From contig CAXXHB010000003.1 in assembly GCA_963664815.2 (NCBI GenBank), positions 128,001 through 192,000 on the forward strand: a DNA stretch of 64,000 bases, read 5' to 3'. The stretch comes from Spirochaetota bacterium (GTDB taxonomy: Bacteria > Spirochaetota > UBA4802 > UBA5550). Shown here in pieces: positions 30,001 to 43,368 of the stretch. The position numbers and the translations under genes are program-made. The notes below the pieces were generated by a model. The model was not told where the DNA came from. It worked only from the letters and a program-made list of their open reading frames with translations, and searched no databases. The first letter of the stretch is position 1. Each line of letters begins with the position of its first letter.

Positions 30001-30612
30001 GGATGGGCGGCTCATGAGCTTAATGTATACATGGAAACTCCGATATTTGATGGAGCAACTGAGAAGGATATACAGGAGAATCTGAAGAAAGCCGGGTTGC
30101 CCGAAACTTCGAAGTCAGTTCTTTATGACGGCAGAACCGGTGAACCTTTTGAAGGGGAAGTAATGATCGGGTATGTATATATATTGAAACTTGCCCATAT
30201 GGTTGATGATAAAATTCATGCCAGGTCTACAGGGCCGTATTCTCTTGTAACCCAGCAACCACTTGGAGGGAAAGCTCAGTTCGGCGGGCAGAGGCTTGGA
30301 GAGATGGAGGTCTGGGCTCTTGAAGCATATGGCGCAGCTTATACACTTCAGGAACTTCTAACGGTTAAATCTGATGACATGCTTGGACGTGCGAGAATAT
30401 ATGAAGCTATAGTAAAAGGAATAAATTCAACTTCACCCGGTATTCCTGAATCATTCAACGTATTAATCCAGGAGCTGAGAGGACTTGCACTTGACGTCAG
30501 GATTTATGATGATGCCGGCGTAGAAATAAGTTTGTCAGAGTGGAGTGAAGGTTTTACAAAACCTAAGAGAAAGATTCATATTGAGACTCTTGAAAATGAG
30601 GAATTTGAATAA
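27073..30612 (+). CDS. rpoB: RNA polymerase beta subunit
   Basis: [44 protein letters not shown]. Confidence 0.99.
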   Translation: MQELKKVVNFGKIKSKIDLPNLIEIQLTSYEWFLQTKTAKKKPQGLQAVFDEIFPIESPHDDVVLEFVNYEIGEPKYSEYECKERDVTYAAPLKATIRLIRKDSMEVREQFVYMGDIPLMTERGTFIINGAERVVVNQLHRSPGIFFFYEEDERVYNSRVIPDRGSWLEFEMDNKGYIVGRIDRKKKFPVTLLIKSLGFETNEEIVKLFYDVTKMKLKSEEDYESLNGRRVASDVISKATGEVIIEAAERINIDIIDRLKEEKVSDIELIEFPNKKEDAYLSTTFQVEPEFIKKNIRVDEGHDYKNSELALLGLHAVMRPGEPTNLDNAKAELERLFFNPRTYSLSSVGRYKINSKFGFDEDGEILTKEDIIHTVKYILYLIAEAEGYEFEHVGKGGKKEKKYVYTIVDDIDHLGNRRVRSVGELIMNQIKVGFQRMERVIKERMTIQDLDVITPQALISIKPITAVINEFFGSSQLSQFMDQTNPLAELTHKRRLNALGPGGLSRERAGFEVRDVHPSHYGRMCPIETPEGPNIGLIVSLSTYGRINDYGFLETPYRYVEGGRVTDRIEYLTANIEDNYSIAQANAELDDNGNFIKGLIPCRNRGNFPYKKPKEIQYMDVSPEQIFSVSTGLIPFLEHDDANRALMGSNMQRQAVPLLTEEAPLVGTGMEAAAAYDSGVLIIAKRGGEVIFADGAKVKVKTSSGEVDEYKLQKFKRTNQSTCFNQKPIVREGQKIKTGDIIADGPATDNGRVALGKNILVAFMPWMGYNFEDAILLSERLVKEDVYTSVHIEQFEMEARETKLGREVITRDIPNLNDKAFRDLDADGIIRVGAYVKSDDILVGKVTPKGEQDLTPEYKLLYSIFGEKAREVRDTSLRVPNGVEGIVVDVKRFSRENGDELAPGVEDLVKVYIADKRKISVGDKMAGRHGNKGVISKISPEYEMPFLPDGTPVDIVLNPLSVPSRMNLGQLLETELGWAAHELNVYMETPIFDGATEKDIQENLKKAGLPETSKSVLYDGRTGEPFEGEVMIGYVYILKLAHMVDDKIHARSTGPYSLVTQQPLGGKAQFGGQRLGEMEVWALEAYGAAYTLQELLTVKSDDMLGRARIYEAIVKGINSTSPGIPESFNVLIQELRGLALDVRIYDDAGVEISLSEWSEGFTKPKRKIHIETLENEEFE

Positions 30613-30670
30613 TATAGAGTACCCGTTTAACGGGCGCTGTAGTTAATAACTTTAAGTTTAAGGATATATC

Positions 30671-33600
30671 ATGAGGGACTTTAACGATTTCAGTTCTATT
30701 CAGATTAAGCTTGCTTCACCTGACATGATCAGGGACTGGTCTTATGGAGAGGTAAAAAAACCTGAGACAATAAATTATAGAACTCTCAAACCGGAAAGAG
30801 ATGGATTGTTCTGCGAAAAAACATTTGGAACAACGAAGGAATGGGAATGTTACTGCGGTAAGTTCAAATCGATAAGATATAAAGGCGTTGTATGCGACAG
30901 ATGTGGAGTTGAAGTTACACATTATAAAGTCAGAAGAGAACGCGGGGGACATATTGAACTAGCCGCGCCGGTTGCACATATCTGGTATTACAGATCAGTT
31001 CCATCAAGAATGGGTTTGATACTCGACCTGACAGTAAGCAACCTTAAATCGGTTCTTTATTATGAAAAATATATTGTCATTGAACCGGGCGATGCGGAAG
31101 CGGATGATATTAAACGAGGCGATATACTGGATGAAGATGTTTATTACGATCTTTACGACAAATATGGTGATAATTTTATAGCAAGTATGGGTGCGGAAGC
31201 GATTAAAGAACTTCTTGCAAACATAGATCTTGATGAAGAATCAAGAGCTTTAAGGGCTGAAATTGATACAAAATCGGCAAAGGATGCAAAGATAGATAAA
31301 AAACTTATAAAACGTCTTGAAATAATTGAGTCGTTCAAAGAATCGGGAAATAAACCTGAATGGATGATACTTGACACTGTGCCTGTAATCCCCCCTGAAC
31401 TACGGCCGATGGTACAACTTGACGGTGGACGTTTTGCAACATCAGATTTGAATGATCTCTACAGAAGGGTTATCAATAGAAATAATCGTCTGAAAAGGCT
31501 TCTGTCTCTCAGGGCGCCTGAGATTATTGTAAGAAATGAAAAAAGGATGCTTCAGGAAGCAGTTGATGCTCTGTTTGATAACAGCAGAAGGAAACGGGCT
31601 GTAAAAGGTAAAGGGAACAGACCGCTTAAATCACTAAGTGATATGCTAAAAGGAAAACAGGGACGTTTCAGACAGAATCTTCTCGGGAAGCGTGTCGATT
31701 ATTCGGGAAGATCGGTAATTGTTGTAGGTCCTGAACTTAAACTTCATCAGTGTGGTCTTCCAAAAAAGATGGCAGTTGAATTATTTAAACCATTTATAAT
31801 GAAGAGACTTGTTGATAAGGCTTTTGTTCAGAATATCAAATCAGCGAAAAAAATGGTAGAGAATGAGCGCGACGAGGTTTGGGAGGTTCTCGAAGAAGTA
31901 ATAAAAGAACACCCTGTATTGTTAAACCGTGCCCCAACACTTCACAGGCTTGGAATTCAGGCTTTCGAACCTACACTTGTTGAAGGTAAAGCTATAAAGC
32001 TTCATCCGCTTGTTTGTCACGCATATAATGCAGATTTTGATGGTGACCAGATGGCTGTTCACGTTCCTCTTTCACCGAAGGCGCAGCTTGAGTGCTGGAC
32101 GTTGATGCTTTCTACAAACAACCTTTTATCGCCGGCGAATGGTCACCCGGTTGTAACACCATCACAGGATATTGTTCTTGGAATCTATTATCTCACAGAT
32201 ATGATAGAAGGTAATATTGGTGAAGACAAGTATTTTGATGATATGATCGATGTTATGAGAGCTGTCGATCATAAGCAGATAAGATACAGATCGAGAATTA
32301 ATTATCTGGTCGGAGATGACTTTATTCAGACTACAGCTGGAAGACTGATCTTTAACGGGATTCTTCCAAAAGGTTATCCATTCGTTAATAATGTAATAAC
32401 TGACAAAGGACTCTCCGCTATTATTGCGAAGACATTCAGGGAATATGGACCGAATGAAACAGTAAGAATGCTTGATGATGTTAAAGAGACAGGGTACAGG
32501 TTTGCAACATTTTTTGCCCCTACAATTTCCGTGTCTGATATTATAATACCGTCAGTAAAAAAGAAAATTATAGAAGAGGAAGATAAGAAAGTAGAAGTAA
32601 TAGAAAACGAATATAGAAATGGTTTCATTACTGATGAAGAGCGTTATAACAGGGTTATTAATCTCTGGACTGAAGCCAATGAAAAAATTGCTAATGTAAT
32701 GTTTGATGAACTTGAGACAGATATGAACGGCCACAATCCCATATTCATCATGGCAAAATCAGGCGCAAGGGGAAGTAAACAGCAGATAAGGCAGCTCGCC
32801 GGGATGAGAGGTCTAATGGCGAAGCCTAGCGGCGAAATTATTGAAGTTCCAATCCGTGCGAATTTTAAAGAAGGGCTAACAGTTCTGGAATACTTTATCT
32901 CTACTAATGGTGCGAGAAAAGGTCTTGCTGATACTGCCCTTAAAACTGCTGATGCAGGGTATCTTACAAGAAGGCTTGTTGATATTGCACAGGATGTTGT
33001 AATTAACCATGATGATTGCGGTACCACAGTAGGTATAGATATATATCCTATTAAAGAGGGCGACATGGTTATTGAATCTCTCGGGGCAAGAGTACTTGGA
33101 AGAACACTTCTGTATGATTTGATAAATCCTGTAACTGGCGAAATACTTGCAAAATCAGATGAAGTAATAAATGAAGAAATAGCAGACATAATAGATGAAA
33201 TTGAAATTGATTCAATAGAAATAAGATCAGTGCTTACCTGTGAATCAAAACATGGAGTATGTGCAAAATGTTATGGAAGGAATCTCGCGACGTCAAGGCC
33301 AGTTGAAATAGGAGAAGCTGTTGGTATTATTGCTGCTCAGTCAATCGGTCAGCCTGGAACTCAGTTGACAATGAGAACTTTTCATATTGGTGGAATCGCT
33401 TCAAGATCTGTTGAAGAGAGTGAAATTAAATTTAACTATCCTATTTTTATCAATACCATAACTTCGAAAATGATAAAAACAGAAGATGAAAAAATAATCA
33501 CTGTTAGAAGAGGATATGTAGTTGTACAGAGGATTATATCTGATGTTGAATTTAAACCTAAATCGGAGTTTCTCCTTGAAGATGGGGATAAAGTTTACGC

Positions 33601-34945
33601 AGGTAAAGTGTTTGCAAAATCTCCTGTAGGTGATGAATATAAGGCCACTAATACCGGCATGCTTAAAATTGATAAAAAGAAAGCTTACATCCTTGGAGAA
33701 CCATATTCAGTTCCAATTAATGTTGGTACAGAAATTGTTGCAGAACTCGAATATGATAAAAAAAGCGGAACTTTTGAACCTATTCAGAAACCATATCAAT
33801 CAAATGAAATTATTGCCGCTTTTGACCCTTGGTTTGAACCGATTCTTACAGAAATTACCGGTAGGGTTGAATTTATAGATGTTGAGCTTAACAAGAGTTT
33901 GATCGAAGAAATCGATCCTGTATCTAATGTAAAAAAACGTGTAATAGTTGAGTATAAAACAGAGAAACTTCAGCCTCGTGTAAATATTTATGGAAGCGGT
34001 GCTGAACCGACTACGTATTTATTGCCTAAAGGTGCAAATCTGATGGTTGAAACAGGTGATACTGTAAACGCTGGAATTGTACTTGCCAAGATACCGAGGG
34101 GCGCTGAGAAAACCAAGGATATTACAGGTGGTCTTCCCAGAGTTGCTGAATTATTTGAAGCAAGAACTCCAAGAGATGCTGCAACATTAACAGCAATTGA
34201 TGGAACAGTAACAATAGGTGATACGGCAAAAAATAAAAGAAAGATTATTATTACAGCTGAGGATGGATCACAAAAGGAATATTCAATTCCTGTTTCAAAA
34301 TTTCTTCGCGTTCAGGATAAAGACTGGATAGCAAAAGGTGAAAAAATTGATGATGGTCCTGTTGATCCTCATGAGATTTTAAAAATAAAAGGACCGAGAG
34401 AATTGCAGAAGTTTCTTGTAAATGAAATTCTGGAAGTTTATCGTCTTCAGGGCGTTGCTATCAATGATAAGCATATTGAGGTTATCGTGAGACAAATGCT
34501 CAGAAAAGTACGGGTAACTGACCAGGGAGACTCAAATTTTGTAATAGAACAGGTTGTTGATAAGTTTGACTTTATTGAAGAGAATGACAGAGTTCTTCGG
34601 GAAGGTGGAAAAGCGGCAACAGCAATACCGGTTCTTATGGGAATAACTAAAGCGGCTCTTAACACTGAATCTTTTATATCTGCTGCTTCTTTCCAGGAGA
34701 CTACACGTGTTCTCACCGATGCGGCAATTAAAGGAAAGATAGATTATCTCAGAGGTTTGAAAGAAAATGTTATTATAGGGCATCTGATACCGGCTGGGAC
34801 TGGGGTCAGAATTTATGACAACATGGATGTGTATCAGGAAATTCCTGGAGATTTAGATGGTACTCCACATGAGACTGTGGAATATGAAGATGTAGCGCCG
34901 GTTGCTTTGCCGGATAACTCAGACTTTGAAAATATTGAAAAATAG
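30671..34945 (+). CDS. rpoC: RNA polymerase beta' subunit
   Basis: [12 protein letters not shown], zinc ribbon [24 protein letters not shown]. Confidence 0.99.
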   Translation: MRDFNDFSSIQIKLASPDMIRDWSYGEVKKPETINYRTLKPERDGLFCEKTFGTTKEWECYCGKFKSIRYKGVVCDRCGVEVTHYKVRRERGGHIELAAPVAHIWYYRSVPSRMGLILDLTVSNLKSVLYYEKYIVIEPGDAEADDIKRGDILDEDVYYDLYDKYGDNFIASMGAEAIKELLANIDLDEESRALRAEIDTKSAKDAKIDKKLIKRLEIIESFKESGNKPEWMILDTVPVIPPELRPMVQLDGGRFATSDLNDLYRRVINRNNRLKRLLSLRAPEIIVRNEKRMLQEAVDALFDNSRRKRAVKGKGNRPLKSLSDMLKGKQGRFRQNLLGKRVDYSGRSVIVVGPELKLHQCGLPKKMAVELFKPFIMKRLVDKAFVQNIKSAKKMVENERDEVWEVLEEVIKEHPVLLNRAPTLHRLGIQAFEPTLVEGKAIKLHPLVCHAYNADFDGDQMAVHVPLSPKAQLECWTLMLSTNNLLSPANGHPVVTPSQDIVLGIYYLTDMIEGNIGEDKYFDDMIDVMRAVDHKQIRYRSRINYLVGDDFIQTTAGRLIFNGILPKGYPFVNNVITDKGLSAIIAKTFREYGPNETVRMLDDVKETGYRFATFFAPTISVSDIIIPSVKKKIIEEEDKKVEVIENEYRNGFITDEERYNRVINLWTEANEKIANVMFDELETDMNGHNPIFIMAKSGARGSKQQIRQLAGMRGLMAKPSGEIIEVPIRANFKEGLTVLEYFISTNGARKGLADTALKTADAGYLTRRLVDIAQDVVINHDDCGTTVGIDIYPIKEGDMVIESLGARVLGRTLLYDLINPVTGEILAKSDEVINEEIADIIDEIEIDSIEIRSVLTCESKHGVCAKCYGRNLATSRPVEIGEAVGIIAAQSIGQPGTQLTMRTFHIGGIASRSVEESEIKFNYPIFINTITSKMIKTEDEKIITVRRGYVVVQRIISDVEFKPKSEFLLEDGDKVYAGKVFAKSPVGDEYKATNTGMLKIDKKKAYILGEPYSVPINVGTEIVAELEYDKKSGTFEPIQKPYQSNEIIAAFDPWFEPILTEITGRVEFIDVELNKSLIEEIDPVSNVKKRVIVEYKTEKLQPRVNIYGSGAEPTTYLLPKGANLMVETGDTVNAGIVLAKIPRGAEKTKDITGGLPRVAELFEARTPRDAATLTAIDGTVTIGDTAKNKRKIIITAEDGSQKEYSIPVSKFLRVQDKDWIAKGEKIDDGPVDPHEILKIKGPRELQKFLVNEILEVYRLQGVAINDKHIEVIVRQMLRKVRVTDQGDSNFVIEQVVDKFDFIEENDRVLREGGKAATAIPVLMGITKAALNTESFISAASFQETTRVLTDAAIKGKIDYLRGLKENVIIGHLIPAGTGVRIYDNMDVYQEIPGDLDGTPHETVEYEDVAPVALPDNSDFENIEK

Positions 34946-35129
34946 GGTAAAAAAGCAGTCCTCTCCGGTTGTGTGGGGGTTGACACGGTGAAGTTATAAA
35001 AATAACTAAGTATTTAAAAAGTCTTGACAAAAGAAGGGTGAAAATAAGGATTACTTGAAATATTTAAACATGAAAAAATTCTAAAAAAAATAATATTTAA
35101 ATTTGCAGAAAGGATTTATAGGAGTTGAA

Positions 35130-35504
35130 ATGCCAACAATTAATCAGTTAATCAAGAATGGAAGAGAGCAGAAGAATAAAAAATCAAAATCTCCTGCATT
35201 GAAACAATGCCCTCAGAAAAGAGGTGTTTGTACAAGGGTAATGACTTTTACTCCGAAAAAACCGAATTCAGCTTTAAGAAAAGTTGCAAGGGTAAGGCTT
35301 ACCAATGGTATAGAAGTAACGGCTTATATTCCAGGAATAGGTCATAATCTTCAGGAACACTCTGCAGTATTGATAAGAGGTGGCAGGGTAAAAGATCTTC
35401 CGGGTGTGAGATATCATATTATTAGAGGAACACTTGACTCACTTGGCGTGAATGACAGAAAAAAAGCACGTTCAAAATATGGTACAAAGAGACCTAAGGC
35501 TTAA
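35130..35504 (+). CDS. rpsL: 30S ribosomal protein uS12
   Basis: [25 protein letters not shown]; ATG 35130 after AGGAG. Confidence 0.99.
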   Translation: MPTINQLIKNGREQKNKKSKSPALKQCPQKRGVCTRVMTFTPKKPNSALRKVARVRLTNGIEVTAYIPGIGHNLQEHSAVLIRGGRVKDLPGVRYHIIRGTLDSLGVNDRKKARSKYGTKRPKA

Positions 35505-35530
35505 TGAAAAGAATCAGATTGAATTATTAA

Positions 35531-36010
<480 letters not shown>

Positions 36011-36035
36011 ATAAACAGTATTTTTATTTACTTAA

Positions 36036-36070
36036 CAAATACCAGGTTATTACCTGGTATTTGGTGTTTT
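36036..36070 (+). terminator. Terminator-like hairpin between rpsG and fusA
   Basis: Perfect 12-bp stem CAAATACCAGGT-TATT-ACCTGGTATTTG followed by GTGTTTT. Confidence 0.65.
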
Positions 36071-36102
36071 AGGGTATGATAGATATTTAATGCAGGTATA
36101 TT

Positions 36103-38187
36103 ATGGCTAGAAAGCTGCCAATCAACAGAACAAGAAATATAGGAATAATGGCTCATATTGATGCGGGAAAAACCACTCTGACCGAAAGGATCCTTTTTTA
36201 TACAGGAAAAACTCATAAAATGGGGGAGGTTCACGACGGCACTGCCGAGATGGACTGGATGGTGCAGGAAAAGGAACGTGGTATTACAATAACCGCTGCT
36301 GCTACAACCTGTACATGGAAAAACATGGTAATCAACATAATTGACACACCCGGGCATGTGGATTTTACTATGGAAGTTGAAAGAAGCCTTAGGGTACTTG
36401 ATTCAGCCATTGCTGTTTTTGATGGTGTAGCTGGAGTTGAGCCTCAATCTGAAACAGTATGGCGACAGGCGGACAGGTATAATGTTCCAAGAATCTGTTT
36501 TGTAAACAAACTCGATCGTATCGGTGCAGATTACGATATGTGCATACGAATGATAAAAGAAAAGCTTTATGCCGAACCACTTCCTCTTCAGATCCCTGTC
36601 GGATCGGAGAGTTCATTCATCGGAGTGATTGATCTTGTGACAATGAAAATGCTTATCTGGGATGATCCCACCGGTAAAGATTACAGCGTGAACGAAATCA
36701 GCAATGATTATAAAGAAATAGCGGAAATCGGACGCGAACATATGATGGAAAAGCTGTCGGATTGTGATGAAGTTATAATGGAAAAGTTTCTTGATGGGAT
36801 ATCTCCGGATGAGAATGAGTTAAAAAAAGCTATCAGGAATGCGACAGTCAACGCTAAGTTATACCCGGTTTTCTGTGGAGCGGCACTGAGGAACAAGGGA
36901 GTGCAACCATTACTTGATGCAGTTGTTGACTATCTGCCATCTCCGAAAGACAAGCCGGCAGTACAGGGGCATGATATTAATGACAATGAAAAGACAATAG
37001 TGCGGGAAGTTGATGATAAAGAACCATTTTGTGCGCTGGTATTTAAAATTATGACGGATCCACATGTTGGTAAACTTTCTTATATGAGAGTTTATTCGGG
37101 AGTTTTTAAATCCGGAGATCAGTTACTTAATGTATTTGTCGGTAAAAAGGAAAGGGTTGGTAAATTTTTAAGAATGCATGCAAATCACAGGGAAGAGATA
37201 GATGATGTTTGTACGGGAGATATAGTTGCTGCTGTGGGCTTGAAAAGCGTACGTACTGGTGATACTGTAACTGCGATTGATTTTCCGGTGCTTCTGGAAA
37301 AAATGGTATTCCCCGAACCTGTTATTTCAATTGCCATAGAATTGAAGTCCAAAGCCGATCAGGATAAACTTAATATTGCTCTTTCAAGACTTGTTGAAGA
37401 AGATCCGACATTCAGATCCAGTATTAATGAGGATACAGGTCAATTGATTATTTCCGGGATGGGGGAGCTTCATCTGGATATAATAGTAGACAGACTTTTA
37501 CGTGAATTCAATATTCCTGCAAATATTGGTAAACCTCAGGTTACATATAAAGAGACAATAACGATTTCTGCTACGTCAGAACATATTTATGATAAGCAGA
37601 TTGGCGGAAAAGATAATTTTGGTCATGTTAAAATTATACTTGATCCCTCAGAGCCCGGGAAAGGGTTTATTTTTAAAAACACTGTTACGAAAGAATCAAT
37701 ACCTGATTCTTTTATTAAAAGCATTGAAGCAGGATTTAACGATTCAATGATGGGGGGAGTTATAGCCGGTTATAAAATGGAGGATATTACTGTAACTCTT
37801 ATAAAGGCAGATTACAATGAGCTTAAATCCACCGAGCTGGCATATAGAATAGCGGCAAATATGGCATTAAAAGATGGTGTAAGAGCAGCAAGGCCATTTC
37901 TTATGGAGCCGGTTATGAAGCTTGAAATTGTATCGCCCGATGAATATACCGGAGAAATTATTAATGATCTTAATTCAAGAAGAGGAAAAATAGAAAATAT
38001 AGATTATAGAGGAGAGCTTAAGATTATTGATGCATTAATTCCTCTTTCTGAAGCTTTCGGATATGCAACTGCAGTAAGATCTATGAGCCAGGGGAGAGCA
38101 ACTCATACTCTTCAGTATTCTCATTATGATCTTGTACCAGAAACAGTAATGAACAGAATACTTGGCAGAATAAGCGGAATAATATGA
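36103..38187 (+). CDS. fusA: Elongation factor G (divergent domain IV; EF-G2-like)
   Basis: [29 protein letters not shown]; str-operon position. Confidence 0.93.
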   Translation: MARKLPINRTRNIGIMAHIDAGKTTLTERILFYTGKTHKMGEVHDGTAEMDWMVQEKERGITITAAATTCTWKNMVINIIDTPGHVDFTMEVERSLRVLDSAIAVFDGVAGVEPQSETVWRQADRYNVPRICFVNKLDRIGADYDMCIRMIKEKLYAEPLPLQIPVGSESSFIGVIDLVTMKMLIWDDPTGKDYSVNEISNDYKEIAEIGREHMMEKLSDCDEVIMEKFLDGISPDENELKKAIRNATVNAKLYPVFCGAALRNKGVQPLLDAVVDYLPSPKDKPAVQGHDINDNEKTIVREVDDKEPFCALVFKIMTDPHVGKLSYMRVYSGVFKSGDQLLNVFVGKKERVGKFLRMHANHREEIDDVCTGDIVAAVGLKSVRTGDTVTAIDFPVLLEKMVFPEPVISIAIELKSKADQDKLNIALSRLVEEDPTFRSSINEDTGQLIISGMGELHLDIIVDRLLREFNIPANIGKPQVTYKETITISATSEHIYDKQIGGKDNFGHVKIILDPSEPGKGFIFKNTVTKESIPDSFIKSIEAGFNDSMMGGVIAGYKMEDITVTLIKADYNELKSTELAYRIAANMALKDGVRAARPFLMEPVMKLEIVSPDEYTGEIINDLNSRRGKIENIDYRGELKIIDALIPLSEAFGYATAVRSMSQGRATHTLQYSHYDLVPETVMNRILGRISGII

Positions 38188-38579
38188 TCTTGTTTTTCCG
38201 TGGAACATTGCTGTTATGGAAAGAATTTTTTTGATTTTATAAGTAATTAGGTATTAATTTAATTTAAAACAGATTTTTTGTTTTACAAAATTTCTTTTGT
38301 TTTAGACAGTGACATTCGTGTAAATTTTCTGTTATGAAAGCGGAAAATTACAGTTTTTTCTGGAAAATGCCGGTTGAGCTGTTATTTTTTAAAATATAGC
38401 TTAAAATTGGTAATTATACTTGACAGAATAATGAGTTTTTTTTTTATTTCATAAGCTCGCTTCTGAAATCGTTAGCGGATTTACTATGTATGTGCAATGC
38501 AATTCCACAAATTGCGAGAATTATAATATAATCAAAAGTAATTATGAGTTAAAATTTAAAATTAGTAAGGAGAAATCTA

Positions 38580-39794
38580 ATGGCAAAACAGAAATTTGAA
38601 AGGAACAAAACGCATGTTAATGTTGGGACTATTGGTCATATTGACCATGGCAAAACCACTTTAACTGCTGCTATAACAAAAGTTTTTCATTGCGCGTATG
38701 GAACTGGTAAACCGGTAAATTTTGATCAGATAGATAATGCACCCGAGGAAAGACAAAGGGGTATAACAATTGCAACTTCTCATCAGGAATATGAAACACC
38801 TGCAAGACATTATGCTCACGTTGATTGTCCGGGACACGCAGATTATATAAAGAATATGATTACAGGTGCTGCTCAGATGGATGCGGCGATTCTTGTTGTC
38901 GCTGCAACTGATGGTGCAATGCCTCAGACAAGAGAGCACGTTCTTCTTGCTCACCAGGTTAATGTACCTCAAATGATAGTTTTTTTAAACAAGGTTGATA
39001 TGCTTGATCCTTCTGACAGAGGAGAGATGGTAGAACTTGTTGAAATGGAGATCAGAGAACTTCTTTCAAAAAATGACTTCCCGGGAGATGATGTACCTGT
39101 GATCCCAGGTTCTGCTCTTAAGGCTCTTGAGGCAGCTGAAGCTGGAAAGAAAGATGATGAGTGGTTTCAGTCAGTTATAAAGCTTGGTGAAGCACTTGAT
39201 TCATATATACCAGATCCTATAAGAGCTAAAGATAAACCTTTTCTAATGCCTATAGAAGATGTCTTTTCAATTACCGGTCGTGGAACTGTTGTTACCGGAA
39301 GGATTGAAAGAGGTGTTGTTCGTACTGGTGATGATGTAGAGATAATAGGTTTTACAGAAACTAAAAAATCTGTTTGTACCGGTGTTGAAATGTTCAGAAA
39401 AATTCTTGATGAAGGATTTGCCGGTGATAATGTTGGATGTCTGTTGAGAGGTGTTGCAAAAGAAGATGTAGAAAGGGGACAGGTTCTTGCTAAACCCGGT
39501 TCTATCACTCCTCATAAAAAGTTTACAGGTAGAGTATATGTATTGAAAAAAGAAGAGGGTGGAAGACATACTCCTTTTTTTGGTAATTATCGTCCACAGT
39601 TCTACTTCAGAACAACAGACGTTACAGGAACTATACAGCTTCCTCAGGGAGTTGAAATGGTTATGCCTGGTGATGATATTGATATTACTGTGGAACTTAT
39701 TACTCCAATTGCAATGGAAGAAGAGCTTAGATTTGCAATTCGTGAAGGTGGAAGAACAGTTGGAGCAGGCGTTGTTGTTAAGGTAATTGAATAA
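38580..39794 (+). CDS. tuf: Elongation factor Tu
   Basis: [37 protein letters not shown]. Confidence 0.99.
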   Translation: MAKQKFERNKTHVNVGTIGHIDHGKTTLTAAITKVFHCAYGTGKPVNFDQIDNAPEERQRGITIATSHQEYETPARHYAHVDCPGHADYIKNMITGAAQMDAAILVVAATDGAMPQTREHVLLAHQVNVPQMIVFLNKVDMLDPSDRGEMVELVEMEIRELLSKNDFPGDDVPVIPGSALKALEAAEAGKKDDEWFQSVIKLGEALDSYIPDPIRAKDKPFLMPIEDVFSITGRGTVVTGRIERGVVRTGDDVEIIGFTETKKSVCTGVEMFRKILDEGFAGDNVGCLLRGVAKEDVERGQVLAKPGSITPHKKFTGRVYVLKKEEGGRHTPFFGNYRPQFYFRTTDVTGTIQLPQGVEMVMPGDDIDITVELITPIAMEEELRFAIREGGRTVGAGVVVKVIE

Positions 39795-39813
39795 GAAAAA
39801 AGTTTAATAAAAT

Positions 39814-39845
39814 ATGATCGTCAGGCAAATATGTCTGACGATCAT
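39814..39845 (+). other. 14-bp hairpin between tuf and rpsJ
   Basis: ATGATCGTCAGGCA-AATA-TGTCTGACGATCAT (one GU pair); no U-tract. Confidence 0.6.
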
Positions 39846-39872
39846 TATCTATAAATGTACAGGGTGAAAAAA

Positions 39873-40190
39873 GTGGGAAAGTTAGCAGGGCAGCGTATAA
39901 GAGTTAAGCTGAGATCGTATGATGCAAAACTCCTTGATCAGTCAGCGGAGAAAATTGTTACAACTACAAATAGAAGTGGGGCAAAAATATCAGGACCTAT
40001 TCCGCTTCCGACAAAAATTGAAAAGTTTTGTGTGTTAAGATCTCCCCACGTAAACAAGAAAGCAAGGGAGCAGTTTGAAATCAGAACTCATAAAAGATTA
40101 ATTGATATTATTGATCCAAACTCAGATACAGTTGAAGCATTAATGAAGCTTGAACTTCCCGCGGGTGTATCCGTAGATATTAAATCATAA
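39873..40190 (+). CDS. rpsJ: 30S ribosomal protein uS10
   Basis: [22 protein letters not shown]; GTG 39873 after AGGGTG preferred, ATG 39855 possible. Confidence 0.97.
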   Translation: MGKLAGQRIRVKLRSYDAKLLDQSAEKIVTTTNRSGAKISGPIPLPTKIEKFCVLRSPHVNKKAREQFEIRTHKRLIDIIDPNSDTVEALMKLELPAGVSVDIKS

Positions 40191-40295
40191 TCGGATTAAA
40201 CTAAAATTTAACAAGAAGTACATTTCTGCTTCGGGAATAATTGTAAAACTTTCCGTTACAGTAATTTAAGAATTTATTTAGATAGACAGGTTAAG

Positions 40296-40919
40296 GTGAT
40301 GAAAAAGGCACTATTCGGTAAAAAAATAGGCATGACTCAGTTTATAAAAGAAGATGGAACAGTTATTCCTGTTACTGCGTGTGAAATAACTCCATGCATT
40401 GTTGTTCAGAAGAAAACTGTTGAAAATGACGGTTATTCAGCATTAAAGCTGGGGTTTGTTGATCAAAAAGAGAGTAGGCTTACAAAACCTATTGTTGACG
40501 ATCTCAAGAAAAAGAATATTCCCCCCAAAAGACATTTTGCGGAAGTTGAAAACTTTGATGATACTCTTGAAGTCGGAAGCGAGATTAAATGTACTATCTT
40601 TCAGGAAAATGATACAGTTGAAGTTACCGGAGTTTCGAAAGGACATGGATTTGCAGGTGTTATTAAAAGACACGGTTTTGGTGGAGGTAGAATAACTCAC
40701 GGTTCTCACTTTCACAGAGCTCCAGGTTCAATAGGGGCACATACATATCCTGCTGAAGTATGGAAAGGGAAAAAAATGCCTGGCCGCTTTGGTAATAAAA
40801 CAGTAACAGTTAAGAATCTTAAAGTGGTTAAGGTTCTGGAAGATAAAAATGTTGTTCTTATTTCAGGGGCAATTCCGGGAAGGAAAGATACGATTATAAA
40901 AGTAACAGTTGCGAATTAG
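40296..40919 (+). CDS. rplC: 50S ribosomal protein uL3
   Basis: GKKIGMTQ, SKGHGFAGVIKRH, HRAPGSIG. Confidence 0.98.
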   Translation: MMKKALFGKKIGMTQFIKEDGTVIPVTACEITPCIVVQKKTVENDGYSALKLGFVDQKESRLTKPIVDDLKKKNIPPKRHFAEVENFDDTLEVGSEIKCTIFQENDTVEVTGVSKGHGFAGVIKRHGFGGGRITHGSHFHRAPGSIGAHTYPAEVWKGKKMPGRFGNKTVTVKNLKVVKVLEDKNVVLISGAIPGRKDTIIKVTVAN

Positions 40920-40930
40920 GTGAAATTATT

Positions 40931-41563
40931 ATGAAAGTTGATAAATATTCAATTGACGGGAAAGTAGTAGGACAGGTTGATCTCTCTGATGCAATATTCT
41001 CGGCAGAAGTTAATGATGTTTTAATATATGAATACATTAAAGCAGCGAATGCCAATTTAAGACAGGGTACTCATTCAGCAAAGGGAAGAGCTGAAGTAAG
41101 TGGTGGCGGTGCTAAACCATGGCGGCAGAAAGGAACAGGACGTGCCAGGGCTGGTACATCCAGATCTCCAATATGGCGTGGTGGTGGAATGATTTTCCCC
41201 CGGAAGCCCAGGGATTATTCAATCCAGCTTCCCAAGAAAATAAAAAAGGCTGCGTTTATATCCATTTTTTCACAAAAAGCAAAAGAAGGCGCAGTGAGAG
41301 TGGTGGAGAATTTTAATGTTGATGGTAAGACAAAAAATATAGCCAAGATAGGTAATGCATTATCGATTACAAAGGGGATTCTGGTTTCCGGAAATCCTGA
41401 TGCGGATGATTTTTTACTTAAAAGAGCTATTAGAAATATACCATGGTTTAGATACAATCATGTAAGTAGAATGTCTGGTAGAGATATTTTTTATTCAAAG
41501 GAAATTATTTTTACCGAAAATGCTCTCAGTCAAATAAATGAAAAATATGCCAAGGTGAAGTAA
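40931..41563 (+). CDS. rplD: 50S ribosomal protein uL4
   Basis: KPWRQKGTGRARAG. Confidence 0.98.
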   Translation: MKVDKYSIDGKVVGQVDLSDAIFSAEVNDVLIYEYIKAANANLRQGTHSAKGRAEVSGGGAKPWRQKGTGRARAGTSRSPIWRGGGMIFPRKPRDYSIQLPKKIKKAAFISIFSQKAKEGAVRVVENFNVDGKTKNIAKIGNALSITKGILVSGNPDADDFLLKRAIRNIPWFRYNHVSRMSGRDIFYSKEIIFTENALSQINEKYAKVK

Positions 41564-41564
41564 A

Positions 41565-41849
41565 ATGAATTCCAATGATGTAATAATAAGGCCTATTATT
41601 TCTGAGAAAACAACTGTATTAATGGAGCAGCAAAAATATGTGTTCCAGGTTGCCAGAGATGCGAATAAGCTGACAGTAAAACAGGCATTAAAAGAGTTGT
41701 TTAATGTTACTCCTGAAAAGGTGAACATTTTAAATGTCAGAGGAAAAAATAGAAGACTCAGATTCAGAATCGGTAAACGTTCAGCTTGGAAAAAAGCGAT
41801 AGTTACGCTGAAAGCTGGTGACAAAATAGAGATATTTGAAGGTCAATAA
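41565..41849 (+). CDS. rplW: 50S ribosomal protein uL23
   Basis: PIISEK, WKKAIVTL. Confidence 0.98.
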   Translation: MNSNDVIIRPIISEKTTVLMEQQKYVFQVARDANKLTVKQALKELFNVTPEKVNILNVRGKNRRLRFRIGKRSAWKKAIVTLKAGDKIEIFEGQ

Positions 41850-41878
41850 TTAAGGACTGTTAGATAAAGGATAAAAAA

Positions 41879-42706
41879 ATGGGAATTAAAAAATTTAGAC
41901 CAATTACGCCGAGTTTAAGGTATAAAACAGTACTTGATAAAAGTGAACTGACTGAAGAAAAGCCATTTAAACCCTTAACTAAGGGTAAAACCGGTGATTC
42001 TGGCAGAGGATTTAAAGGTCAGATTACAATGAGAAGGAGAGGCGGAGGTCATAAACGTAAACTTCGGGTAATTGATTTTAAAAGAAATAAATTTGGTATA
42101 CCTGGGAAAGTTGCAACAATAGAATATGATCCAAATAGATCAGCAAATATTGCATTAATATTTTATGTTGATGGTGAAAAGAGGTATATTATTGCACCTG
42201 AATCCTTAAAGGTTGGTGATAAAATTGAGTCCGGGGAATCAGTTGAAATCAAAGCAGGGAATTCGCTTCCTTTGAAAAATATACCACTTGGTGCTAATAT
42301 TTATAACATTGAATTACATAAAGGTAAAGGTGGTCAGCTTGTAAGATCTGCTGGAACTACTGCAATTCTTGCTGCAAAAGAAGGAGAGTATTGCCTTGTT
42401 AAACTTCCATCAGGTGAGATAAGAAAAATACACAAAGAGTGCTATTCCACAATAGGATCTGTAGGGAACAAGGATTATATCAACCAGACAATTGGTAAAG
42501 CGGGAAGATCTAGATGGTTGAATAAAAGACCAAAGGTCAGAGGAGTTGCGATGAATCCTGTTGATCACCCCCTCGGTGGAGGAGAAGGAAAGTCTTCGGG
42601 TGGACGTCATCCGGTTTCACCTACGGGCCAGCCTTCAAAAGGTTATAAAACCAGGAAAAGACATAAATATAGTGATAATTATATAATTAAGAGAAGGAAG
42701 GGTTGA
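41879..42706 (+). CDS. rplB: 50S ribosomal protein uL2
   Basis: [23 protein letters not shown]. Confidence 0.99.
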   Translation: MGIKKFRPITPSLRYKTVLDKSELTEEKPFKPLTKGKTGDSGRGFKGQITMRRRGGGHKRKLRVIDFKRNKFGIPGKVATIEYDPNRSANIALIFYVDGEKRYIIAPESLKVGDKIESGESVEIKAGNSLPLKNIPLGANIYNIELHKGKGGQLVRSAGTTAILAAKEGEYCLVKLPSGEIRKIHKECYSTIGSVGNKDYINQTIGKAGRSRWLNKRPKVRGVAMNPVDHPLGGGEGKSSGGRHPVSPTGQPSKGYKTRKRHKYSDNYIIKRRKG

Positions 42707-42707
42707 T

Positions 42708-42995
42708 ATGGGAAGGTCAATAAAAAAAGGACCATATGTGGACTCTAAATTATTTAAGAAGATTGAAGAGATGAATTCCACTAATTTAAAAAAAGCTATA
42801 AAGACATGGTCAAGGCGATCTACTATATTTCCTGATATGATAGGACATACCTTAATGGTTCATAACGGAAAGATTTTTATTCCTGTATATATTTCAGAAA
42901 ATATGATTGGGCATAAACTTGGCGAATTTTCTCCAACAAGGACATATAGGGGCCATACAAGTAAAGATGATAAATTGGCCAAGAAGAAAAGGTAA
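42708..42995 (+). CDS. rpsS: 30S ribosomal protein uS19
   Basis: [18 protein letters not shown]. Confidence 0.99.
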   Translation: MGRSIKKGPYVDSKLFKKIEEMNSTNLKKAIKTWSRRSTIFPDMIGHTLMVHNGKIFIPVYISENMIGHKLGEFSPTRTYRGHTSKDDKLAKKKR

Positions 42996-43007
42996 AGAGG
43001 ATTAAAA

Positions 43008-43346
43008 ATGGAATCATCCGCTAAATCAATTAACAATAGAATATCTGCTTCAAAAGTACGTCTTGTAACAAATGAAATAAAAGGTTTTTCATTACCTGAA
43101 GCTATTGATGTGTTAAAACATCTGCCAAATAAAGGTGCAAAAATTGTTTTAAAAACATTAAGCTCTGCGGGCGCTAATGCTAAATTTCTTAATCCTGATA
43201 TAATTGATGAAGCTTTATTTATTAAGAAAATTGCAGTAGATGAAGGTCCTACAATGAAAAGATTTGCGGCAAGAGCACGGGGAAGAGCAGGCAGAATCAG
43301 AAAAAGAACCAGCAGTGTAACAATTATATTATCTGATGAAAATTAA
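43008..43346 (+). CDS. rplV: 50S ribosomal protein uL22
   Basis: VDEGPTMKR, RARGRA. Confidence 0.98.
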   Translation: MESSAKSINNRISASKVRLVTNEIKGFSLPEAIDVLKHLPNKGAKIVLKTLSSAGANAKFLNPDIIDEALFIKKIAVDEGPTMKRFAARARGRAGRIRKRTSSVTIILSDEN

Positions 43347-43368
43347 AAGATAGGTAAAGGGAAAAATA

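Noticed and set aside
38436-38445. T10 tract in the candidate tuf promoter spacer as a phase-variable switch
   Set aside because: Homopolymers are frequent in this AT-rich DNA, the -10 box is unclear, and tuf is essential
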